Virus record (IMG/VR): IMGVR_UViG_3300035670_000091
DNA: 64,000 nt
From: a virus
Strand: one strand, 5' to 3'
The first letter of the stretch is position 1. Each line of letters starts with the position of its first letter. The translations under genes were made by a program, and so were the position numbers. This document shows, piece by piece, positions 56,233 through 63,633 of this stretch. The notes below the pieces were generated by a model. It was not told where the DNA came from, did no database searches, and saw only the letters and a list, made by a program, of their open reading frames with translations.

Positions 56233-56503
56233 TCTGGCCTGCCTTGTGTACTGCACCCATAGCATGCCAATCGGCGCTAGGGATGTCTCGACCGTAGATT
56301 ACGTCGTCGGAAGCAAAGTCTGGGTTGTGTTGGCTGATGTGGTCAACTACCGCACGGTAAGTTTTTTGGGCATGTAGGCGCACAGGGTGGTCGGCGGGTA
56401 GGGCTGACTGGTTAGTCCACTGGGTCTGAACGACGGCTTGGGCAGCCTTGGCTGCTCTGGTCGTTAGCGCTGAGAACTCAGGCCCGTGCTTGAACTCTGC
56501 CAT
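56225..56503 (-). CDS. Hypothetical protein
   Basis: Coupled ORF. Confidence 0.6.
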   Translation of the reverse strand: MAEFKHGPEFSALTTRAAKAAQAVVQTQWTNQSALPADHPVRLHAQKTYRAVVDHISQHNPDFASDDVIYGRDIPSADWHAMGAVHKAGQND

Positions 56504-56505
56504 GG

Positions 56506-56739
56506 TTATCGTCTGGCGTTGTTAGCTGCGTCGTTCATGTGGGCACGGCGACCGTATACAGCAGCGGTGACAGCAGCGGTACCAGCTGCCAGTGCAGCGG
56601 ACTTCATGTCTGGTGCGACGATTGCCTGCTGAATTGGGTGAGCAGGGTCCTGAAGCAGGTTGGAGGTAGCGGCCATGACGGTGCCGCCAGCAACAGCTGC
56701 AGCGGTGCCCATCCTCTTAGCAGTGTCTTTAAATCCCAT
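56506..56739 (-). CDS. Small protein with two hydrophobic Ala-rich helices
   Basis: Leaderless promoter TGG-CACACT-N6-ATG. Confidence 0.6.
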   Translation of the reverse strand: MGFKDTAKRMGTAAAVAGGTVMAATSNLLQDPAHPIQQAIVAPDMKSAALAAGTAAVTAAVYGRRAHMNDAANNARR

Positions 56740-56770
56740 GAATAAAGTGTGCCAGCTTCTAGGCCTATTG

Positions 56771-57325
56771 TCAGACTAAAGATTTCAAATACTCAAACAC
56801 CAAAAGGTGCCTTTTTGCGTCCCACTCTGCGTCGTGCGGCTTGTAGTCGTCTACTGCAGCGTGCGCACGGTTCATCGAGTCGCTCTTCCACGTCTCAAAA
56901 TTTTTGCCATCCTTGCCGTGGAACAACCACATCATCCCGTTTAGCTCGGCGGTCCGCCTGGACAGCAGCGCATACGTCTTTGGCAACTGCATTTTGATAA
57001 ATGGCAGGTCGAACCCCGTTATGTTGAATCCGACAGGCACATTTTTCTCTCTACGCTTGGGGTGAGCGCCCCTGTCAATCAGCCACTGGTGCAGTTCGGT
57101 GTCAACGCTATCCTGAGAACGCCCCTGCTGTATGACTGTCTCGTACGAAATGCCGTGCACCGCTGCCGCTCTGGCCTCCCAGGTCATCTCGCCAGGGTTG
57201 ATAAGCCAGCCTTGGGAGTCAATTTGGCCATCTGGCAGTCTGACGGCTACGCCAATCTGGATGAGTCGGCCGCCCTCGGCCAAATTTGGCGTACTCATCT
57301 CGCCGTCAATCCCAATAAATAGCAT
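56771..57325 (-). CDS. DEDDh 3'-5' exonuclease (DnaQ/oligoribonuclease-like)
   Basis: FIGIDGEMS, GFN.TGFDLPFI, HDAEWDA. Confidence 0.88.
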   Translation of the reverse strand: MLFIGIDGEMSTPNLAEGGRLIQIGVAVRLPDGQIDSQGWLINPGEMTWEARAAAVHGISYETVIQQGRSQDSVDTELHQWLIDRGAHPKRREKNVPVGFNITGFDLPFIKMQLPKTYALLSRRTAELNGMMWLFHGKDGKNFETWKSDSMNRAHAAVDDYKPHDAEWDAKRHLLVFEYLKSLV

Positions 57326-57331
57326 CCGACA

Positions 57332-57340
57332 AGGGTACCA
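57332..57340 (-). promoter_or_regulatory. Extended -10 promoter for a leaderless mRNA
   Basis: TGG-TACCCT-N6-ATG. Confidence 0.65.
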
Positions 57341-58219
57341 AACGGCAGGGGCGCTGTCAGGATAGCCGTCAGGCGTCCGACAGGGGGGGAAAAAGTGACT
57401 AAAGTGACCAAAGATAACGATTTGGTAACGATGACTGCGCTAGTTGTGGCGATTTTCGTGCTATGGCACAAAAAACTGCGGATTCCGCACTGTTTTGGGC
57501 CTTAAAACGTCATTTTTCGTGCGTTAGCACAGATTTTGCCACGATAAGCGTGGCTGGACGTCGGCTACTGCCTCAGAAAGTAGACGTGACCTGGGTGTTT
57601 CACCTGGGGGGAACTTTGTGGCAGCGTCGCCTAACCCTCCCCCCCTTGCTGACGGCTGTCTACCCCCCCTTGACGGCCGTCAGGCATCCGTCACCACCCT
57701 GCCCCCTGACTCGCAGTCAGGTGGCACACCCCTGCAACCCGCTCCACAGCTGGGCTGACGGCCTGCTCGGTGGCACACCCGATGGCGGGCCAGCCCGACC
57801 ACCCCTGCCACCCCTGCCAAGGTGGCCAGTTCGGCTACTGCTGGGCCAGCTGGTCGGCCTGTGTGGGAGCCACCAGACCACCACTACCACCCCCCTGCTG
57901 TTACCAGCTACGAGGCCAGCCAGCGACCCACTGAGACCAGCAGGCCAGCCCAGCCAGTGGGTGTGTCTCTCTCTCTCCTCTGGAGCCTCTACAGGACCTC
58001 ATGGACCCTGCTCCCGACCAAGGGGGGAGGACCCCCCTGAGACCCCCCCGAAGGCCATGTGGCAGGGGCGCTTCTAGGCCAGCCCTACGGACGGCTAACG
58101 GCCGTTGTTACCAAACTGTTACAAACGCCGACAACCCAGTGCTGGTGCGGGTTGTGGGCCATCCCGACACGCCCAACGGACAGACGTGTTGGACTTTCCA
58201 ACACAGCTGTGCTTTACTG

Positions 58220-58830
58220 GTTCCTGTCGGCGGTAGGGCAACCGAGTCGGCAGGGCCCTCAGCCCCCCGAGAGGGGGGCGGGGGCACCACCCGAAACTTC
58301 ACAACTCCACAGCAGACTTGCAAAACCCCAGCTGTATGGCTGGCACTGGCGCATCGCTTCGGTGCGTTGCTTGCGGACACCCTCGGCCATCGGCCACCGT
58401 CCGCCTCTCTCGGCAACGCCTCTACCGCACAGCGGTCACGCCCCAGTCCCAAACCGCAGTGGCAACACCGTAAACGACCCCTGTCAGGGCAACGTGATAC
58501 CCACTCTGCGGAGTGGCGGTGAGTAGCCTGTAGGGAGGATGCTCGATACCAACCATGTGAAACGTTGGCGGTGTGCACTGCGTGCCGAGTAGGGACTGGT
58601 AATCCCAACGCAGTCAGTATGAACGACCAAGTAGGGCTTCGGCCCAAGTGCCATCTGCTTCAAGGCTCAGCCAGTGTCCCGCAGGAGGGACGGTCGTGAC
58701 AGTTACCCCATCAGTCTTTGGTGCAGGGGCGCTTCGGTGTCCCTGCCCACTGATAGGCACAGGGGGGCAACCCCCCTGAGACCCCCCCTTGTCTCGCCTC
58801 CCTGTGCTTACCAGTGGCTGTGCCACTATC
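58220..58830 (+). ncRNA. Candidate large structured RNA / 5' leader, family not identified
   Basis: At least 10 stems readable by eye, including two C(UUCG)G and two GNRA loops and nested multiloops. Confidence 0.55.
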
Positions 58831-58851
58831 CGACACGACTAAGGAGAAACC

Positions 58852-59079
58852 ATGTTCAAGTTCCACTTCACCGCCAACACCCCGACCCGTAAGCCAACCC
58901 GCTACGGTTGGGTTCCAAACGTGGAGGGCTGGGTGTTCGCTCAGTCCATCGACCACGCCGAGGGCCTGCTACAGGCCAAGGGCTGGAGGCGCATCAGCCT
59001 GACCCGCTACAACAAGGACACCGAGTTCCAGCCACACTGGGCCACCGAAGGGTGCGACTGGGTGGAGGTGAACGCCTAA
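58852..59079 (+). CDS. Hypothetical protein (75 aa)
   Basis: TAAGGAG RBS. Confidence 0.8.
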   Translation: MFKFHFTANTPTRKPTRYGWVPNVEGWVFAQSIDHAEGLLQAKGWRRISLTRYNKDTEFQPHWATEGCDWVEVNA

Positions 59080-59083
59080 CCAA

Positions 59084-59141
59084 GGTCGAAACCGAGCTCC
59101 CCCCAGCTCGGTCTGCCAGTCATGCTGGCACTGACGAGACC
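59084..59141 (+). ncRNA. Type II hammerhead ribozyme 1 (predicted cleavage 59113/59114)
   Basis: GGTC-GAAA-stem III ACCGAGCT/AGCTCGGT-C-stem I TGCCAG/CTGGCA-CTGACGA-GACC. Confidence 0.93.
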
Positions 59142-59174
59142 GTATCCAATCCGACTCAACTAAGGAGAAGCACC

Positions 59175-59303
59175 ATGGGACTACAAGCTAAGTTCGAAGA
59201 CGGCACCGAGGTGTTCGTCACCATCACCCCTGACCTGTATTCCGAGACCCTGACGGCCCTTATCAAGGCGGGCGCTGTCTCAGTGGATTACATCGCCCTG
59301 TGA
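59175..59303 (+). CDS. 42-aa protein MGLQAKFEDGTEVFVTITPDLYSETLTALIKAGAVSVDYIAL
   Basis: TAAGGAG RBS; sits between the two hammerheads. Confidence 0.75.
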   Translation: MGLQAKFEDGTEVFVTITPDLYSETLTALIKAGAVSVDYIAL

Positions 59304-59307
59304 CCAA

Positions 59308-59363
59308 GGTCGAAACAGTGGGCCACCCCACTGTCTGCTGGTTAGGCCAGCACTGACGAGACC
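59308..59363 (+). ncRNA. Type II hammerhead ribozyme 2 (predicted cleavage 59335/59336)
   Basis: GGTC-GAAA-stem III ACAGTGGG/CCCACTGT-C-stem I TGCTGG/CCAGCA-CTGACGA-GACC. Confidence 0.93.
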
Positions 59364-59403
59364 GTCAGCCATCACCAATCCGACACGACTAAGGAGACAA
59401 CCC

Positions 59404-60774
59404 ATGTTCGGAGTAATCATTCAGCACACTGGCGCATCGGCATCCGAGCCAGCCCAGACCCTGCTCGTCCCATTCAACGGTGCCACGCTGGTGTTCCAGC
59501 GTGACGGCGTTGGCAAGCGTGGCTCAGCAGGAGCGTGGCGCAGGGAGCCTAGCCCTAGCCTCGCCAGCACCAAGGTCATTGGAGCCCCAGTGGCCGTCCG
59601 TCTGACAGAGTCAGACATCGACACCCTCGGTATCCACGAGACCAACCCAGCCATCCTGCCGAACGTCCTGTTCCAGAAGGCTGACCGCAAGGTCCGCAAG
59701 TTCACGTCCGTCACCAGCCACGCTGTGGCCGAGGTCGTGGCCGAGATTGACAAGAGCCTGTCCGTCGACCCATCAGGCGCAGGCCTGTCCCGCTTCGACG
59801 GCCGTCGTGTGCTCATTGACACCCCGAGCATCAAGGTCGTGGCCCCTGCTCCTGTCGTAGCTCCTACGGCTCCAGCTCCTGTGGCATCGGTGCCCGCAAC
59901 AAACCATGCGCCATCCGAGGTCCAGTGGGCCAGCCTCACCGTCCCACAGCTGTCCGACGTGGCCAGCTACCGAGTCCGCACCAACCTGCTCGGTGGCACC
60001 GTCTCGGAGGTCGACGTGTTCGACAAGTGCCGAGCATCCCAGCGCACCGTCTCCATCGTCGGCCACGCTGGCACTGGCAAGACTTCGTCCGTCACCCACT
60101 ACAGCGCACTGCGTGGCCTGCCACTGGTAGTCCTCGAGTGTGACATCGCTCTGGACGAGACCCAGACCGAGGGCACCTACATCCCCACTGGCAACGGCAA
60201 CGAGCTGGTGTGGGCCTACAGCGCTCTGGCCACAGCCATCCGTCAGCCGTCCGTCATTCTGCTCAACGAGCTGTCCCGACTAGCACCCAAGAACGCCTCC
60301 CTGTTCTTGTCCCTGCTGGCCGAGCGCCGTCTGATTGTCGGTCAGCGCCAAGGCGAGGTTATCAACGTCCACCCTGAGTGCCTGATTGTGGCTGACATGA
60401 ACCCAATCGGTTACTCGGGTGTGAGCAAGCAGGACCAAGCCCTGCTCGACCGCTTCAAGTTCGCCGTCACCTACGAATACGACCTAGACATCGACCGCAT
60501 CTGGTGCAAGTCTGAGTCGTTCCTGCGTGAGGTCGTTCAGCACTGGCGCAACAACCAGCAGGCTGACCCAAGTGCCACGCCGTTCAGCCACCGCCTCACC
60601 GAGGCGTTCAGCTGGGCTGTGAGCAACTTCGGGCTCAAGCCAGCAGTGCTCCAGTTGCTGGAGCGCTTCCAGCCAACCGAGCGTGACGTTCTCAAGCTCA
60701 CCATTTCCAAGTCGGCCACCGAAATCGCCAGCGAGTTTGGCGTGGACGTGGACGGCATCGACACCCTGCTCTAA
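59404..60774 (+). CDS. MoxR-type AAA+ ATPase (CobS/CbbQ-like)
   Basis: IVGHAGTGKTS Walker A, VILLNELSR Walker B variant, ADMNP.GYSG, ALLDRF arginine finger. Confidence 0.88.
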   Translation: MFGVIIQHTGASASEPAQTLLVPFNGATLVFQRDGVGKRGSAGAWRREPSPSLASTKVIGAPVAVRLTESDIDTLGIHETNPAILPNVLFQKADRKVRKFTSVTSHAVAEVVAEIDKSLSVDPSGAGLSRFDGRRVLIDTPSIKVVAPAPVVAPTAPAPVASVPATNHAPSEVQWASLTVPQLSDVASYRVRTNLLGGTVSEVDVFDKCRASQRTVSIVGHAGTGKTSSVTHYSALRGLPLVVLECDIALDETQTEGTYIPTGNGNELVWAYSALATAIRQPSVILLNELSRLAPKNASLFLSLLAERRLIVGQRQGEVINVHPECLIVADMNPIGYSGVSKQDQALLDRFKFAVTYEYDLDIDRIWCKSESFLREVVQHWRNNQQADPSATPFSHRLTEAFSWAVSNFGLKPAVLQLLERFQPTERDVLKLTISKSATEIASEFGVDVDGIDTLL

Positions 60775-60793
60775 TCCGAAAGCGAGTTCTATC

Positions 60794-62779
60794 GTGAGCA
60801 TCCAGTTCGGCCTCAACCAAGAGGCAATCCAGCACGACAGTGCCATCCGCATGACTCAGGTCGTGCAACAGTTCGCCACCATGTTCGTTGGTCGCAAGGT
60901 CGGTGTTCGCTTGTCGAACAACACCGTTGCGCCAGCATGGTCGACCAGCAACACCATCGAGTTCAGCGAGCCTCAGCTCCCTGACCTACAGACTGCTGAC
61001 GGCGTGCTATCCGTTAGGGGCCTGACGTTCCACGAGCTGAGCCACATCCTGTTCACCCCTCGTGCTCAGTCGGACATCGCCATCTGGGTGCGGGACAACA
61101 GCTACGGCTCAGCGTTCAACGCCCTCGAGGACCAGCGCATCGAGACCCTGATTACCGCTCGGTATGGGGCCCTCAAGCTCTGGCTCACTGGCACCATCGC
61201 CCAGCACCTGTTCCACTCGCCTCAGGCTATCTCGCAGGCGTTCCCGCTGGTTCGTGGTCGCAAGTATCTGCCAGTGGAGCTCCGCAAGCTGGCACGTGAC
61301 CGCTACGCCAACCCGCAGGACATCGACGAGCTCGCCAGCATCATCGACGAGTATCGCCTCCTGCTGTTCCCTCAGGACACCGAGCGTGCCAAGCCACTTA
61401 TCGCACGCTACGCCGAGCTGGTCCGCAACCTGCCTGAGCAGGGTGCTGGCATGCCTGACCCATACGGCCACAGCTCACGCCCTGACTCCGAGCACCACTC
61501 CAGCATCAAGGACAAGCCACTCAGCAAGTCCGAGCAGGAGCGCACTCGTGAGCGTGCCAAGGCACAGGACGAGCAGGTCGAGGACGAGGACGAGTTCAAC
61601 TGGGGCAACCCTGACCAGCAGGACGAGGACCGCAACAAACCATCCGACACCGACGAGCAGGACACTGACTCTGACGGCCAGCCATCGGACAGCGAGTCCG
61701 ACAGCACCGACTCTGACGAGTCCGCATCCGACAGCGACAGCGACTCCGACAGCGAGTCCGACAGCACCGACAGCTCCGACAGCGACTCCGACATCGACGG
61801 CGAGCCAACGGACAACGTGTCCGACAGCTACGGTGACGGACAGTCCGACAACGACCACGAGTCCGACAGCACCGAGACCAGCTCTGGTTCCGACCTGAGC
61901 AAGGCCAACGCTGAGGTTCGTGAGCTCATGGAGGACGTGCTCGACTCGCTCAAGCAGTCGCTCGGTTCAGCCATCGCTGACGAGGTGGCCAAGTATGGCG
62001 GTGACGTAGTCCTGCAGGGCATCCCTGCCAAGACCCCACGTCCTGCCTACAACTACCCTGAGGTTGTCTCAGGTGGCGGTGTTCAGGCATCCGTTGCGTT
62101 CAAGCAGGAGCTCCTCAAGCTCAAGCAGGAGCACGACCCAAGCTGGGACCGCAAGGTTCGCAAAGGCCGTCTCAACCCACTGCGTTACGCTCAGGGCCAC
62201 GACATCGACGAGCTGTTCGACAAGTTCGAGCATGGTCGTGACGATGCTGTGGACATCGAGGCTGTAATTCTGCTGGACACCAGCGGTTCAATGTCAGGTG
62301 ACAACATCCGTCGGGCCAACGAGTCCCTGTGGGGTCTCAAGTCCGCTCTGGATGCCGTCAACGCCTCCTGCACTGCGGTGACGTTCAGTAGCGATGCCAG
62401 ACTGCTCTACTCAGCAGACGAGCGTGTGAGCTCCATCATGCGCTTCGCCCCTGCTCAGGGTGGCACTGACCCGCTCGAGGCCCTCCAGTATGCCAACCAC
62501 GTGCTGGCCACCAGCGACCGCAAGGTCAAGGTGCTGTTCGTCATTACTGACGGCGCATGGAACGGTGACGTGGAGCGTGCTGAGCGCATCATCAAGAACC
62601 TGCGAGACGGTGGCGTTGTCACTGCCTTGTCCTACCTTGGTTACGTTGGCGAGTCACTGGCCAACGTTGACCGCCACGAGTGCGAAGCGGTGGCTCACGT
62701 CACCAATGCTTCGGACCTACTCGAGGTCGGCAGGTCGGTAGTCAAGCTGGCTATCGCTCGCAACCTAGTCAACGCTTAG
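60794..62779 (+). CDS. vWA domain protein (CobT-like) with N-terminal HExxH domain and acidic Ser/Asp linker
   Basis: FHELSH...NALEDQRIE; LLDTSGSM, GGTD, ITDG MIDAS; in-frame GTG 60794 avoids overlap with the ATPase. Confidence 0.88.
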   Translation: MSIQFGLNQEAIQHDSAIRMTQVVQQFATMFVGRKVGVRLSNNTVAPAWSTSNTIEFSEPQLPDLQTADGVLSVRGLTFHELSHILFTPRAQSDIAIWVRDNSYGSAFNALEDQRIETLITARYGALKLWLTGTIAQHLFHSPQAISQAFPLVRGRKYLPVELRKLARDRYANPQDIDELASIIDEYRLLLFPQDTERAKPLIARYAELVRNLPEQGAGMPDPYGHSSRPDSEHHSSIKDKPLSKSEQERTRERAKAQDEQVEDEDEFNWGNPDQQDEDRNKPSDTDEQDTDSDGQPSDSESDSTDSDESASDSDSDSDSESDSTDSSDSDSDIDGEPTDNVSDSYGDGQSDNDHESDSTETSSGSDLSKANAEVRELMEDVLDSLKQSLGSAIADEVAKYGGDVVLQGIPAKTPRPAYNYPEVVSGGGVQASVAFKQELLKLKQEHDPSWDRKVRKGRLNPLRYAQGHDIDELFDKFEHGRDDAVDIEAVILLDTSGSMSGDNIRRANESLWGLKSALDAVNASCTAVTFSSDARLLYSADERVSSIMRFAPAQGGTDPLEALQYANHVLATSDRKVKVLFVITDGAWNGDVERAERIIKNLRDGGVVTALSYLGYVGESLANVDRHECEAVAHVTNASDLLEVGRSVVKLAIARNLVNA

Positions 62780-62786
62780 TTGACTC

Positions 62787-62827
62787 AGCCCTGACGGACA
62801 GCAGTTGTCTCCCTGTCCGTCAGGGCT
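62787..62827 (+). terminator. 15-bp perfect hairpin (terminator or processing site, no U-tract)
   Basis: AGCCCTGACGGACAG / CTGTCCGTCAGGGCT. Confidence 0.55.
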
Positions 62828-62885
62828 CCGCCACAAACCATCCAAACTTCAAACCCTCAACATCCACTTCAACGTTAGGAACATC

Positions 62886-63527
62886 ATGCTAAGCAAGCAG
62901 ATTCTCGCACTACCCCTCGGCACCGAGCTGGTTGTATCCAGCCGTTACCTTGGTCACCGAGTTGCCCACAAGGACAACAAGACCCCTGAGCGCATCAAGG
63001 AGCACGATGCTCACGTCGGCACGCTCTACGCTTACGACAACTACGAGGAGTCCCACTACCGCTCCAACACCGACCACCACTCGGACTGGACCAAGACCAC
63101 CACTGACCGCACCAAGCGATTCCTGCTCAAGTTCAAGGACACCGCAGGCTCCGACGTGTGGGCCATCATCCCTGTGCAGGACATCATCGCCACCAAGGTT
63201 GAGGTTGAGCCACGCTGGGCACAGGAGCGCACTGAGCGGGCCATCGCTCAGGCAGAGGCTGACCGCATCGCACAAGCCCAGCAGGCCATCGAGGAGAAGC
63301 GCAAGCTGACCGAAGAGAGTGTCAAAGAGGCCGTCCACACCAGCCTGCTCGAGCTCTTCGGTGCTGACTACTCAAACAAGGGTGTCCGCATTGGCTACAT
63401 CCGCACCTACAGCAGGGTGAACGCTGGTCCTGACGGCCAGCTCACAACCAAGCTGGAGAACGGTGGAGACATCGAAATCCCTGTGGACCTATTCCTTCGC
63501 ATGGTCGAGCGCTTCGCCAGCGAGTAA
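62886..63527 (+). CDS. Hypothetical protein
   Basis: TTAGGA RBS before ATG 62886; C-ending codon bias like neighbours. Confidence 0.75.
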   Translation: MLSKQILALPLGTELVVSSRYLGHRVAHKDNKTPERIKEHDAHVGTLYAYDNYEESHYRSNTDHHSDWTKTTTDRTKRFLLKFKDTAGSDVWAIIPVQDIIATKVEVEPRWAQERTERAIAQAEADRIAQAQQAIEEKRKLTEESVKEAVHTSLLELFGADYSNKGVRIGYIRTYSRVNAGPDGQLTTKLENGGDIEIPVDLFLRMVERFASE

Positions 63528-63535
63528 CACCAACA

Positions 63536-63633
63536 GCCAGACCAGCAGACACCGAGGTGCGAGTCCTCGGCTGGCACGAGTGCCGAACCAATCAGTAGGC
63601 CCTACAGACCTGAGCACGTCGCTAAACGGCTCA
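63536..63633 (+). ncRNA. Candidate structured intergenic RNA with T-loop-like hairpin
   Basis: CCGAGG-TGCGAGT-CCTCGG plus three further stems. Confidence 0.45.

Noticed and set aside
58592-58606. tRNA-Thr (CT-GGT-AA anticodon-like loop)
   Set aside because: No D-arm, T-arm or acceptor stem around it
57463-58956. Protein-coding interpretation of the ORFs called in the switch region on both strands
   Set aside because: Mutually overlapping, no RBS, no domain motifs, and lacking the codon bias of the real plus-strand genes; better explained as non-coding GC-rich sequence
59080-59400. CRISPR-like repeat-spacer array
   Set aside because: Only two conserved blocks, interrupted by covarying stems; fully explained as hammerheads; no cas genes
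59404-62779. Cobalamin biosynthesis (cobS/cobT auxiliary metabolic genes)
   Set aside because: No cobN or other cob genes; the sequence supports only a generic MoxR AAA+/vWA pair
63536-63633. Assignment as twister-sister or pistol ribozyme
   Set aside because: The GCAAGGCC/GGCGCUCA core of twister-sister and the P1-pseudoknot/UAAAUAG elements of pistol could not be placed
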